This document shows, piece by piece, positions 1-10,047 of a stretch of DNA of 64,000 nt. The stretch lies in assembly GCA_963711835.1 (NCBI GenBank), contig CAVQFQ010000010.1, positions 128,001-192,000 of the forward strand, read 5' to 3'. Made by a program: the position numbers and the translations under genes. Position 1 is the first letter of the stretch. Each line of letters begins with the position of its first letter. This DNA is from an uncultured delta proteobacterium (GTDB taxonomy: Bacteria; Desulfobacterota; RBG-13-43-22). The notes below the pieces were generated by a model. That model did no database searches and had not been told where the DNA came from. It saw nothing but the letters and a program-made list of their open reading frames with translations.

Positions 1-2
1 GA

Positions 3-365
3 AGCCGTCTAACCGGAGACACTCGAATGATCCAGCGCCTGCTCTCCAATCTTCTGGACAATGCCATCAAATATACCCCTTCAGGGGGATCCGTAACCGT
101 TTCCCTGGAGGAAAAGGGGGAACACCTGGTGATCTCTGTAAAGGACACCGGGATCGGTATTTCTCCAGGCGATCTTCCCCACATTTTTGAACGGTTCTAT
201 CGTTGCGACCAAAGCCGGTCCCAGGTGGGCACCGGGTTGGGCTTAAGCTTGGCCCGGGCTATTGCCCAGGCCCACCAGGGAGACCTAACCGCCCAAAGCC
301 TGACGAATCAAGGAAGCACTTTCAGGGTCACCCTCCCCAAATCCCTGCCTTCCCGATCCCGATAA
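3..365 (+). CDS. Sensor histidine kinase, C-terminal HATPase domain (5' truncated by window edge)
   Basis: N-box LLSNLLDNAIKY, G1 DTGIG, F-box IFERFYR, G2 GTGLGL; frame is open to the window start. Confidence 0.9.
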   Translation, partial: SRLTGDTRMIQRLLSNLLDNAIKYTPSGGSVTVSLEEKGEHLVISVKDTGIGISPGDLPHIFERFYRCDQSRSQVGTGLGLSLARAIAQAHQGDLTAQSLTNQGSTFRVTLPKSLPSRSR

Positions 366-379
366 CCCTTACTCCCAAC

Positions 380-425
380 ATGACCAACTTGTAATCTTCC
401 GGTCAGCTTCCGGTCAGCTTCCGGG
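380..425 (+). promoter_or_regulatory. Putative OmpR-family regulator binding sites upstream of degP
   Basis: ATGACCAACTTGTAAT (380-395) resembles CusR/CopR-type boxes; followed by the 11-bp direct repeat CTTCCGGTCAG twice plus a partial third copy. Confidence 0.4.
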
Positions 426-493
426 TTTACCATTCAGTCAAGAAAAAAGGCTGAAACGGCCGAAAATCCATCATCCAAAATGAGGAGGAAAAA

Positions 494-1957
494 ATGGAAC
501 AGAAAAAACGTTTTAAAACAATTTTTATCGCCCTGATCCTATTCGGGGCCATGCTGGGGGTAGGGCTTGGAGTAGCCGCTGCCGTCAGACATTCCGAGAC
601 AGCGGGGTCGGCCGGCCCTGTCCTTTCCGAGGCCCCCATGGTCCCGGCAAACTTCAGTGAACTGGCGGAAAAGGTTCGCCCCGGGGTGGTCAATCTCCAG
701 GTGGTCAAAAAAATAAGGAACGTCGGCTTGGGATTCCCCAATTTTCCCGGCCATCCCTTTGGGGACCGGAACCCCTTCGGTGATTTCTTCGGGCCTAATT
801 CTCAGGGGAACCCGCCGGGGGGTTTTGAACAGCGGGGTGTAGGGTCCGGGTTTGTCATAAGCCGAGACGGGTATATCCTTACCAATAACCACGTGGTTGA
901 AGAGGCCGACCAGATCAAAGTGAAGCTCAGCAATGGCCGAGAGTATAGCGGTAAGGTCGCCGGACGGGACCCCAAGACCGACCTGGCCCTCCTCAAGATT
1001 GAAGGGGCCTCAGATCTTCACCCCCTCAAGCTGGGTAATTCCGAGGAAATGAAGGTGGGCAGCTGGGTAGTGGCCGTCGGGAGTCCTTTCGGACTGGAAC
1101 AGACCGTTACGGCGGGCATTATCAGCGCCAAGGGAAGAATGATCGGCTCCGGGCCCTATGATAACTTTATTCAGACGGACGCTTCCATCAATCCCGGGAA
1201 CAGCGGTGGCCCCCTCATCAACATGAGGGGCGAAGTGGTCGGCATCAACACGGCCATTATGGCCGAAGGCCAGGGGATCGGTTTTGCCGTGCCGATTAAC
1301 ATGGCCAAAGAGATTTCCGCTCAGCTCCAGGACAAGGGCCATGTCACCCGAGGCTGGCTGGGCGTGAGCATCCAGGAGGTGACCCCGGAACTGGCCAAAT
1401 CGTTTGGTCTCAAGGAGAAAAAGGGGGCCCTGGTTGCCCAGGTGGTCTCGGGCAGCCCGGCGGAGAAGGCCGGGATCGAGCAGGGGGACGTCATCCTTGA
1501 ATTCGACGGCAAAGCGGTTTCGGACTCGAAAGACCTGCCCCGGATCGTGGCCTCGACCCCGGTGGGCAAAATGGTCACGGTGAAGCTGTCGCGGGAAGGA
1601 AAAGGCCTGGACCGGTCGTTGAAAGTGGGAGAAATGGACGAAAAGGTCGAAGGGGCTGAGGCCCCCTCTTCCCATAAATCCCTCGGTATTACGGTCCAGG
1701 ATCTCACGCCTGAAATTGCCCAGGGGTTGGGTTTAAAGAAAGCGACGGGTGTGGTGGTGACCCGGGTTGAACCCGGGAGCCCGGCCGCCGAGGCGGGCCT
1801 TCGGACAGGGGATGTCATTCGAGAGGTCAACCGGAAACCGGTCAAGAGGACGGATGATTTTGTACAGAAACTGGAGAAGGCCAGGGGGCAGGACACCGTC
1901 CTGCTTTTCATCCAGAGAGGAGAGAACCATCTGTTTGCCGCTGTAACCCTGAAGTAA
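494..1957 (+). CDS. degP: DegP/HtrA (Do) serine protease with two PDZ domains
   Basis: TNNHVV, DLALLK and GNSGGPL catalytic triad motifs; N-terminal signal/anchor; RBS GAGGAGG. Confidence 0.93.
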   Translation: MEQKKRFKTIFIALILFGAMLGVGLGVAAAVRHSETAGSAGPVLSEAPMVPANFSELAEKVRPGVVNLQVVKKIRNVGLGFPNFPGHPFGDRNPFGDFFGPNSQGNPPGGFEQRGVGSGFVISRDGYILTNNHVVEEADQIKVKLSNGREYSGKVAGRDPKTDLALLKIEGASDLHPLKLGNSEEMKVGSWVVAVGSPFGLEQTVTAGIISAKGRMIGSGPYDNFIQTDASINPGNSGGPLINMRGEVVGINTAIMAEGQGIGFAVPINMAKEISAQLQDKGHVTRGWLGVSIQEVTPELAKSFGLKEKKGALVAQVVSGSPAEKAGIEQGDVILEFDGKAVSDSKDLPRIVASTPVGKMVTVKLSREGKGLDRSLKVGEMDEKVEGAEAPSSHKSLGITVQDLTPEIAQGLGLKKATGVVVTRVEPGSPAAEAGLRTGDVIREVNRKPVKRTDDFVQKLEKARGQDTVLLFIQRGENHLFAAVTLK

Positions 1958-1966
1958 ACGGAGGCG

Positions 1967-2016
1967 CACCCGATCGGGGAAGATGTAAAAACCTCCTCGA
2001 TCGGGTGGCCTTTCTT
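1967..2016 (+). terminator. Probable intrinsic terminator after degP
   Basis: CACCCGATCG...CGATCGGGTG inverted repeat followed by a T-rich tract. Confidence 0.6.
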
Positions 2017-2286
2017 ATTCCGTGGATGACCCGGAGAATTCAAGAGCGGAAAGGGCCAAAATCAGTATAAGGTCATAGAGTAAGGTCATTTTCGTCCGTG
2101 CTTTTCTTTGGAGTCCTGCCGCGAACCGTTTTCGTACCCGACCGGCCAGGTTAATACTGTGACTGAAAATCCTGAATGAGTCAATGGGGTTATTGCTGTA
2201 ATTCCGATGGAGGGATGCGGTATTTCCTGTGTTGTTTTTATCCTTGCCCCTGTTCCCCTGACTATTTATACTGGTGATGATGTTCT

Positions 2287-3291
2287 TTGCAGGTTCATCC
2301 TAATCCTTCTCAAACATTTCCTAATGGAGAAACACCCTTGAATGTGGCACCGGTTGATAGGCCCCTGTCAGCCCACTTCCAATTGAAACATTTTTTGGCC
2401 CTATCCCGAACTCCCCATGGATTGTTGGATATGGCTACCCCGGCTCTGGCGGCCCTTTTATGCTACGGCGCCTTCCCGCCGCTGCGGGTGATCCTCCTGG
2501 GTCTAATGACGGCCTTTGCCGGGTACACTGCCGTTTATGCCCTTAACGATTTGTTGGATTTTCGGGGAGACAAAGAAAAATTGGAGCAAGGCGGTTTTCG
2601 GAACACGGAGAATTACCTGGATGCCGTCCTGGTGCGCCACCCCATGGCTTACGGATTGCTGGGTTTCAAGGAAGCCCTGATCTGGGCCATCGCCTGGGCC
2701 TTGCTGGCGCTGATCGGTGCCACCCTGCTAAACCCGTGGTGTGCGGTTTTCTTCCTGAGCGGTTGCGCCCTGGAAACCGTCTATTGCCTTATGTGGAGGA
2801 CCAGTCACCTTCGGACGATGGTAAGCGGGGCTGTAAAGACAGCAGGGGGGATGGCCGCGGCCTTCGCCGTGGATCCCAGCCCTTCCCTTCCCTTTCTCCT
2901 GGTCCTTTTTTTGTGGCTTTTCTTCTGGGAGATCGGGGGGCAAAACATTCCTGCCGATTGGACCGATATTGAGGAAGACCGGATGCTGAAGGCCAAAACG
3001 ATCCCGATCCGATTTGGACCGGATTGGTCCACGGTGCTGATCCTGTCCTCCCTCATCCTGGCGGTCGTGCTCAACGGCACCCTTTTCGCTTTTTCCCAAT
3101 TGGGATCCAAAATCCCTCCTCTGACCGCCTCGCTGTTTGCGGGGCTCTACCTCCTGCTTACCCCCGCCTACCAGCTCTACCGGACCAGGGAAAAACTTCA
3201 GGCCTCCCTCCTTTTCAACCGGGCCAGCTACTATCCCCTCTCCTTGCTCGCGGTGGTCAGCCTCAACCTCATGCTCTTAGATCTCAAGTGA
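2287..3291 (+). CDS. UbiA-family prenyltransferase (start uncertain)
   Basis: Multi-TM protein with aspartate-rich motifs NDLLD and DWTDIEED. Confidence 0.85.
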   Translation: MQVHPNPSQTFPNGETPLNVAPVDRPLSAHFQLKHFLALSRTPHGLLDMATPALAALLCYGAFPPLRVILLGLMTAFAGYTAVYALNDLLDFRGDKEKLEQGGFRNTENYLDAVLVRHPMAYGLLGFKEALIWAIAWALLALIGATLLNPWCAVFFLSGCALETVYCLMWRTSHLRTMVSGAVKTAGGMAAAFAVDPSPSLPFLLVLFLWLFFWEIGGQNIPADWTDIEEDRMLKAKTIPIRFGPDWSTVLILSSLILAVVLNGTLFAFSQLGSKIPPLTASLFAGLYLLLTPAYQLYRTREKLQASLLFNRASYYPLSLLAVVSLNLMLLDLK

Positions 3292-3303
3292 AAAGACGGG
3301 TGA

Positions 3304-4017
3304 ATGAAAGAGATTGATTCCCGGGAATTGTCAGAAGGCAACGGGCAAGATGGAAAGCCGGTCTATATTGCCCACCAGGGCAAAGTATTCGACGTGAGCG
3401 AAAGTAAATTGTGGAAAAGCGGCCTGCACATGAAGCGCCACCGGGCCGGAAAGGATCTTTCCACCGAGCTTCAGGCGGCGCCCCATGGAACCGAGGTCCT
3501 GGAGCGATATCCTCAGGTGGCCGTCCTGAAAAAGGAGGTGTTTCCCAAAAGGGAAATACCAAAGGCCCTGTCCCGGCTCCTTCTGCGGGTGCCCATGCTC
3601 CGGCGGCATCCCCATCCCATGACCATTCACTTCCCCATCGTCTTTATGTTCGCGGTTCCCCTGTTCACTCTTTTTTATCTTTTTACCGGGAACCGGGCCT
3701 TTGAGCTGACCGCCTTTCATTGCCTGGGGGTCGGGATTTTCTTCACCCCGGTGGCCATTGGGACCGGTTACTATACCTGGTGGCTGAACTACCTGGCAAA
3801 ACCCATCCGTCCCGTATCGATTAAAAAGAAGGTCTCGGTAACCCTGCTGATGATAGAAATCGCCGCTTTTCTCTGGAGAATAAAGGTGCCGGGAGTCCTG
3901 GAGAGCGTCAGTCTTTCCAGCCTGATCTACCTGGTGCTCATTTTCTCCCTCTTTCCCCTGGTCACCGTCATCGGCTGGTTCGGCGCCCGGTTGACCTTTC
4001 CCATCGAAAGAGATTAA
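3304..4017 (+). CDS. Cytochrome b5-like heme/steroid-binding domain fused to a DUF2231-like membrane domain
   Basis: YIAHQGKVFDVS, HMKRHRAG, APHG; then HPMTIHFP and about four TM helices. Confidence 0.8.
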   Translation: MKEIDSRELSEGNGQDGKPVYIAHQGKVFDVSESKLWKSGLHMKRHRAGKDLSTELQAAPHGTEVLERYPQVAVLKKEVFPKREIPKALSRLLLRVPMLRRHPHPMTIHFPIVFMFAVPLFTLFYLFTGNRAFELTAFHCLGVGIFFTPVAIGTGYYTWWLNYLAKPIRPVSIKKKVSVTLLMIEIAAFLWRIKVPGVLESVSLSSLIYLVLIFSLFPLVTVIGWFGARLTFPIERD

Positions 4018-4208
4018 CAGGCTGCTGAAAAACGCTCATCTTTCCCGCGCCTCGCGGGATTGTCCTCGTCCTTCGTCAGTCCGGCGTACTTCTATGGTCG
4101 CCTCCTTCCTCAGGATTTGTTCGCGTCAACGGCAACGCTCACACCCACCCCTTTGGGGCGGGACCCGGTTTCGGACGCCTTGAATTGTATCATTTTTGAG
4201 CAGCCTGT
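4017..4208. mobile_element. MITE-like element with 16-bp terminal inverted repeats
   Basis: ACAGGCTGCTGAAAAA ... TTTTTGAGCAGCCTGT (1 mismatch); about 190 bp, no ORF, between convergent genes. Confidence 0.55.
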
Positions 4209-4278
4209 GAAGATTTGGTTTATGACCCTTTGAATCCTGGATCATCGACAACCAATCTGGAAATGATCCAAGATTAGT

Positions 4279-4875
4279 TTATCCTTCCTTGACGGCGACA
4301 CCCAGCAGGGCGAAGCGCTTCAGTTCCAGGGCCTTTTTAAGGGGGAGACCGGCCTGCTTCAGCTCCTCTCGCAAGTCGTGGCTTAAAAAACGGTCTTTCG
4401 GAGGGTGGAAGAAGATCTTCCGGGCAATGAAATTCTGGTAAAGGGCCGGGTAGAGTTCCTCGATATAATAGGCACCGTCCGGCTTCAGGACCCGGGCGAT
4501 TTCCCCCAGAGCGGCGCGCCAATCCACTACGTGATGGAGGACGCCGAAACCGAAAACCGCATCCACGCTCCCCGGATCCAGGGGCAGGCAGGAGACATCC
4601 CCCACAAAAAGGCGGGCCTCTCTTTCTTTCCGAACGGCCGGACCCCGGTGGGCCATCCGGACCATCCGGATATCCAGGTCCATGGCATAAAGCCTCGAGA
4701 GCTGAAACTCTCTGACGAGTATGGCAGCTCCGGCGCCCCGGCCGCAGCCCACCTCAAGGGCGGTAGAACCCGGCTTGAGAGACATCATTGCCTTGAGCTT
4801 CCGGATCTCGATCCGTTGCTCCCAAACCCGGAAGGGATTATTCACCGCGCAGCGTTCAGCCCAGTTCAGTTTCAC
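4279..4875 (-). CDS. Class I SAM-dependent methyltransferase
   Basis: LEVGCGRG motif I, DAVFGFGVLHH, RVLKPDG. Confidence 0.88.
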   Translation of the reverse strand: MKLNWAERCAVNNPFRVWEQRIEIRKLKAMMSLKPGSTALEVGCGRGAGAAILVREFQLSRLYAMDLDIRMVRMAHRGPAVRKEREARLFVGDVSCLPLDPGSVDAVFGFGVLHHVVDWRAALGEIARVLKPDGAYYIEELYPALYQNFIARKIFFHPPKDRFLSHDLREELKQAGLPLKKALELKRFALLGVAVKEG

Positions 4876-4934
4876 CGTAACGGCCTCGCTTCAATCTCAC
4901 CCAAGACTTAACAAAATTGGTGCAGCCGGTCTTT

Positions 4935-5750
4935 TCAGGATTCATCTTTGAGGCCCAGATGGATGGCCGCAATACCGTTGGTCAGTTTCCGGTAGGTGAC
5001 TTGGGAGAAACCGATCTCCTCCAGAATGGTGCTCAGTTTCTGCGGAGAAGGAAACATCCTGATCGACTCGGGCAGATACGTATAGGCCTGCCGCGACCCC
5101 ACGAGGAGAAGCCCTAAAAAGGGCATAATGCGGAAGGAATAGAAATCGTAAAGCTGGCGAAAGAGAGGTGCGGTCGGTTTCGAGAACTCGAGACACATGA
5201 ACCTTCCCCCGGGTTTCAGGACGCGGTACATCTCTCTGAACCCTTCCTCCAGGTGCGTCAAGTTCCGGATCCCAAAACCCACCATGGCGCCGTCAAACTC
5301 CTGAGATCCAAAGGAGATTTTTTCGGCATCGCCCTGGACATAGAGGATTTTCTCCCGGGAAGCCCTGTTGCTGGACTTGCCTTTCCCGGTTTCCATCATC
5401 TTGCGGTTAATATCATATAAAACCACCTTTCCGGAAGGATGGACCTTTTTCACGGCCAGGATGGATAGATCGCCGGTTCCCCCGCAGACGTCGATAACCC
5501 GGTCACCCGGCCTCAAGCCCAAGAACCCGATGGCCTTTCTTTTCCAGAGGTAATGAATCCCGAAGCTCAAGACGGTGTTCATTACGTCGTACTTCCGGGC
5601 GACCGTATCAAAATGTTCTCGTACCCACTTGACCTTTTCCGGGGCCGGAATTTTTCGGAATCCGAAATGAGCCGTCTCCCCTTCCGTCTCAACCGGAGCG
5701 ACGGACTCCGGTTTGCCGGTTTCAGGGTTGGAAGGGGTAAAAAGGTTCAT
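4935..5750 (-). CDS. ubiE: UbiE/MenG quinone C-methyltransferase (start uncertain, could extend to 5795)
   Basis: KYDVMNTVLSFGIH, DVCGGTGD, FGIRN, RVLKPGG, LEFS, YTYLPESI signature motifs. Confidence 0.9.
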   Translation of the reverse strand: MNLFTPSNPETGKPESVAPVETEGETAHFGFRKIPAPEKVKWVREHFDTVARKYDVMNTVLSFGIHYLWKRKAIGFLGLRPGDRVIDVCGGTGDLSILAVKKVHPSGKVVLYDINRKMMETGKGKSSNRASREKILYVQGDAEKISFGSQEFDGAMVGFGIRNLTHLEEGFREMYRVLKPGGRFMCLEFSKPTAPLFRQLYDFYSFRIMPFLGLLLVGSRQAYTYLPESIRMFPSPQKLSTILEEIGFSQVTYRKLTNGIAAIHLGLKDES

Positions 5751-5938
5751 CGTTTCGTTTAATTGGTTTTTTGCGGGGGTATCCAGACTGACCAAAAGAT
5801 AACGGGACGGCCGGAGACTGTCAAGAGGTTTTGCGGTCTAAGCCCGGCTTCTTGACTTTGCGGCAAGGAATCTTAATTTAAGATTAGTTTTTTTCTTAAC
5901 TTTTTTTTGAGGGAATGAAAATTCCCGGGAGGAGACCG

Positions 5939-6190
5939 ATGAAGAAAATAGCGATTTTGTTTCTGATAGGGGTCCTTTCGTTCGCTGCTTCCTGTGTGGC
6001 GGTACCCTATTATTATCCGGGTGAGTATTATTATCCTGCGCCATACCTCTGGTACTGGGACGGCTATGACCACTACCGGAATTCCCCTTATCCTTACGGC
6101 TATCGTTACCCGCAGCGGCCTTATTACCGGGACGGCCAGGAAAGGTACGAGCATGGTGGCCGGGATTATCGCGGCCGGGGCCGGGATTAA
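5939..6190 (+). CDS. Small Tyr/Pro/Gly/Arg-rich lipoprotein
   Basis: RBS GGAGGAG; MKK plus hydrophobic stretch and lipobox AASC. Confidence 0.65.
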   Translation: MKKIAILFLIGVLSFAASCVAVPYYYPGEYYYPAPYLWYWDGYDHYRNSPYPYGYRYPQRPYYRDGQERYEHGGRDYRGRGRD

Positions 6191-6312
6191 TCTCTCTTTT
6201 TCCCCTTGACCGTCCTGTGTGTGCTATCCTATATTGGGTTTGTTGGCCAGGAAGGATCGTGTCAATCCTCCCGTATGTTTGACCGGCTCCCCATCCCAAG
6301 GAGGTGACCAAG

Positions 6313-6552
6313 GTGAAAGACGGAAAGTGTCCCAAGTGCGGTTCGGAAAAGGTTTTTCACGGGGCGGAAATCCCCGCCAAATTCGGCCCCTTCGGAAGCA
6401 ACAGCATCCCCATTACCCTGCTTTCCATCGCCGCCCTCGACAATTATGTCTGCGCCGAATGCGGATATCTGGAGAGCTACATCGCTGAAGCAACAAAGCT
6501 GAAAGAGATCTCCAAAAAGTGGCCGAGGGTAAAGGAAGCGAAGGCCGCCTAA
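6313..6552 (+). CDS. Small zinc-ribbon protein
   Basis: RBS AGGAGG then GTG; CPKC and CAEC pairs. Confidence 0.7.
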   Translation: MKDGKCPKCGSEKVFHGAEIPAKFGPFGSNSIPITLLSIAALDNYVCAECGYLESYIAEATKLKEISKKWPRVKEAKAA

Positions 6553-6612
6553 GACAAGCCCGTTGCTCCTTTTTTTCCCAGAGCTGTACCATCCTCAGAG
6601 GAGGGAACGCGG

Positions 6613-8301
6613 TTGAAGGTTTTTAGGAGACTCACCGTCATCACGAGGGTGATGATCAAACACGGCCTGGGGGATGTGCTGGAACGTCTCATCGGCCGCC
6701 AAGGGAAGAAAGAAAAAGGGGGCAAGGATAAAGATCTCTTTTTTAGATCAGGATTTCCTTCGCCCAAACGCATCCGCCTGGCCCTGGAAGAATTGGGTCC
6801 CAGCTTCATCAAGCTGGGGCAGCTCATGAGCACCCGGGCGGATATGTTCCCGCCTGAATACATCGAGGAATTCATAAAACTTCAAGACCGTGTGCCCCCC
6901 GTTCCCTTCCCGGAGATCAAAAAGGTCATCGAGGACGAACTGAAAGGCCCCCTCGCGGGAATTTTTAAGGAATTCCATTCGGAACCGATCGCCGCAGCCT
7001 CGGTGGCCCAGGTCCACCTGGCTGAACTTCCGACCGGGGAGCGGGTGGCTGTCAAGGTGATCCGCCCGGGGATCGACAAGAAGATCCGCCAGGACATCCG
7101 TCTGATGGTTTACCTGGCCGAAAAGATCGAAAAAAATTTCGAGATGGGCCGGATCCTGGGGGTGACCAACCTGGTCCAGGAGTTTGAACGAATCATTTTT
7201 AGAGAACTCGACATGTTCATTGAAGCCGGGAGCATGGAGAAGTTTGCGCTGAACTTCAAGGAAGTCGAGGAAATCCATATCCCCAAGGTTTACTGGAACT
7301 TTACTACCCGGTCGGTCCTGGTTATGGAACACATCGACGGGTTCAAAATGGACCAGGTGGAGGCCATCAAGGCCCGGGGCATCGATCCCAAGGAAATCGC
7401 CAACATCGGCCTCCGTTCCTTTTCCCGGCAGTTGATGGAATTCGGCTTTTTCCATGCCGACCCGCATCCCGGCAATACCATCGTCATGCTTGACGGCCGG
7501 GTGGCCCTGGTGGATTTCGGTATCACCGGGTACCTGGACGAACAGATGATGCACCAGATCGCCAATATCTTCCTGGGCTATGCCGAACACGATTACGACC
7601 TGGTCCTGGAAGCCCTCCGGGAGGCCGGGATCATCGACGAACAGACCAGGGACCTTAAGAGTTTCCAGATCGATCTCAAGGACATCAGCGAGCCTTTTTA
7701 CGGCCGCTCCCTGCAGACCATTTCGGTCAGGGATGTCTATGATCAGGTGATGCACCTGGTCTTTAAATACCGCCTTCGGCTCCCCCGAAACCTTTTGCTT
7801 CTTTTGAAAACATTCATTCAAACCGAGGCCCTGGGAAAAATCCTGGGCAGTAACGCCAGCCTTCTCGAAGCCGTCCGACCGTACGCCCAGAAACTGGTTG
7901 AGCGCAGCACCGAAACCGGAGAACTGGTCGGGCGCCTGGTCAAGGATGTCCGCCGCCTGGGAGGCTACCTGGAAGCCATGCCCAAGTTTTTCCACGACAT
8001 CCTCAAACAGACCGCCGAGGGGAAACAGCGCTGGGAAATCCAGCACAGCGGCTTTAAAAACCTGGACGCCCAGTTTGCCAAGGGGGTAAACCGGCTGACC
8101 GTGGGATTGATTATTTCCGCCTCCATCATCGCCGCCGCCATGATCTTGAATTCCAGCCAGAAGGTTTTCGAGGTGACCTTTAACCTCTTTGGCTTGAAGA
8201 CCATTTCCGTTACCGCCCTTTTCGGCCTGGCCGGCTATATTATCGCCACTATCCTGGGCCTTTGGCTTATCTTCTCCATCCTGCGGTCCGGAAAACTCTG
8301 A
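6613..8301 (+). CDS. ubiB: UbiB/AarF/ABC1-family atypical kinase
   Basis: LGPSFIKLGQ, AAASVAQVH, VAVKV, FFHADPHPGN, DFG; C-terminal TM helices. Confidence 0.9.
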   Translation: MKVFRRLTVITRVMIKHGLGDVLERLIGRQGKKEKGGKDKDLFFRSGFPSPKRIRLALEELGPSFIKLGQLMSTRADMFPPEYIEEFIKLQDRVPPVPFPEIKKVIEDELKGPLAGIFKEFHSEPIAAASVAQVHLAELPTGERVAVKVIRPGIDKKIRQDIRLMVYLAEKIEKNFEMGRILGVTNLVQEFERIIFRELDMFIEAGSMEKFALNFKEVEEIHIPKVYWNFTTRSVLVMEHIDGFKMDQVEAIKARGIDPKEIANIGLRSFSRQLMEFGFFHADPHPGNTIVMLDGRVALVDFGITGYLDEQMMHQIANIFLGYAEHDYDLVLEALREAGIIDEQTRDLKSFQIDLKDISEPFYGRSLQTISVRDVYDQVMHLVFKYRLRLPRNLLLLLKTFIQTEALGKILGSNASLLEAVRPYAQKLVERSTETGELVGRLVKDVRRLGGYLEAMPKFFHDILKQTAEGKQRWEIQHSGFKNLDAQFAKGVNRLTVGLIISASIIAAAMILNSSQKVFEVTFNLFGLKTISVTALFGLAGYIIATILGLWLIFSILRSGKL

Positions 8302-8617
8302 CACCGGACTTACACTTTTTTCCCAAAACCAAATTCATCATCGGCCTCTATCTGCTGCAGTTTTTTATCGGCCTGAAGATCTTCCTTTGAAATGGTTTCT
8401 GCGACAGCAGATCTTGTCCCGCCGGACAGGCCCGTTGGAAAGAGAACGGAGCCGGTGGGACAAGAATTCCATAGGTTTTTATAGGATTCCTAAAAAATTA
8501 TTTTCTGGATTGTCCAGGATTTAGGATATAGTATTTAACTTGATCGGTTGAGAATAATCCCCACTAATAAGGATGGGTTAGAGCCACCCATTCCTTCGGT
8601 TTGACGAACGAGGCGCC

Positions 8618-10036
8618 ATGGACGAACAAAAATATGAGATCGGTCTTATCGGCCTGGGTGAGATGGGCCGTAATCTGGCCTTAAATATTGCCGACCATGG
8701 AATTCCCATTGCGGTTTATAACCGGACGGCTGAAAAGACCCGCCGATTCATGGAAGAAGAAGCCGCCGGACGAGTGATCGAAGCGGCTTACGGCCTGCCG
8801 GAATTCATCGGAAGGCTTCGCCAACCCCGGGCCGTTTTAATGCTGGTCTCCGCCGGCCAGGCTGTGGACGAGCTGATCCGGGAGCTTCTCCCCCTGTTGG
8901 AACCAAAAGATGTACTTATCGACGGCGGCAATTCCTTTTTTGAGGACACCGATCGCCGGCAGCGGGAATTGGCGGATAAGGGGATTCTTTATCTGGGACT
9001 AGGGATCTCCGGAGGCGGCTCAGGGGCCCGTTACGGCCCCAGTCTAATGCCCGGCGGCACCCTGGAGGCCTATGAGCGGGTACGTCCGGTCCTGGAGACC
9101 ATTGCCGCCAGGGTCAACGGCCTTCCCTGTGTGACCTACCTGGGAACGGGGTCAGCAGGCCACTATGTCAAGATGGTCCATAACGGGATTGAATACGGTC
9201 TGATGCAATTGATCGCTGAAGCCTATCACCTCCTCAAACAGGGACTGGGCCTGAATAACAACGATTTGCACCTGGTGTTTAATCGCTGGAATCAAACCGA
9301 ACTCAGAGGCTACCTGGTAGAAATTACAGGCCGGATCTTTCTCCAGGAGGAAGAAAGAAGTGAAGACCGGCTGATCGATCGGATCCTGGATCAAGCCGGA
9401 CAAAAAGGAACAGGCCTCTGGACTTCCAGAAACGCCCTGGAATTGCAGGTTCCGGTGCCGACCATCGATCTGGCGGTGATGATGCGGGACCTGTCCGCAT
9501 CGAAAGAGGAGCGCCGGGCCATCAATCGGGTTCATGGGAGTCTCGTTCTTCCTCTTGAGGGTGACCGGGAAGGTTGGATTGCCGATATCGGTCAGGCCCT
9601 TTTAGGCGGCCTGATTTTAACCTACGGCCAAGGCCTGTCCTTGCTCCGCAAGGCCTCCGGGGTGTATCATTACGGAATATCCCTGGGAGAGGTGGCCCGC
9701 ATCTGGCGCGGCGGCTGTATTATCCGGGCTGTCTTACTGGAAAAAATTTGGGCCGCCTACCGGGTGCAGCCGGACCTGGTTCATCTGCTACTGGATCCTG
9801 ACCTGGCTGAAGATATGAAGTCCTGCCAGGAGCCCCTGCGACGGATCAGCAAAACGGCTGTGGAGCTGGGCATCCCTGCCCCGGGACTGACAGCCTCCCT
9901 GGCTTATTACGACGGCTTACGGAGCCCTTGGCTGCCGGCCAATCTCATTTCCGCCCAACGCGATTATTTCGGCGCCCACAGGTATGAAAGGGTGGATAGT
10001 CCGGGTTTTTTCCACACGGATTGGAAAACGGATTGA
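8618..10036 (+). CDS. gndA: 6-phosphogluconate dehydrogenase, decarboxylating (NADP-type)
   Basis: [34 protein letters not shown]. Confidence 0.95.
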   Translation: MDEQKYEIGLIGLGEMGRNLALNIADHGIPIAVYNRTAEKTRRFMEEEAAGRVIEAAYGLPEFIGRLRQPRAVLMLVSAGQAVDELIRELLPLLEPKDVLIDGGNSFFEDTDRRQRELADKGILYLGLGISGGGSGARYGPSLMPGGTLEAYERVRPVLETIAARVNGLPCVTYLGTGSAGHYVKMVHNGIEYGLMQLIAEAYHLLKQGLGLNNNDLHLVFNRWNQTELRGYLVEITGRIFLQEEERSEDRLIDRILDQAGQKGTGLWTSRNALELQVPVPTIDLAVMMRDLSASKEERRAINRVHGSLVLPLEGDREGWIADIGQALLGGLILTYGQGLSLLRKASGVYHYGISLGEVARIWRGGCIIRAVLLEKIWAAYRVQPDLVHLLLDPDLAEDMKSCQEPLRRISKTAVELGIPAPGLTASLAYYDGLRSPWLPANLISAQRDYFGAHRYERVDSPGFFHTDWKTD

Positions 10037-10047
10037 GGAGAACAACT

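Noticed and set aside
2068-2089. TAAGGTCAT direct repeat upstream of the UbiA gene
   Set aside because: Only two copies and not seen at other promoters in the window; insufficient support for a regulatory site.
6748-8304. Long antisense ORFs (518 aa here; also 33543-34409, 50126-51001 and others)
   Set aside because: They mirror well-supported + strand genes, a common shadow effect in GC-rich DNA, and show no motifs.
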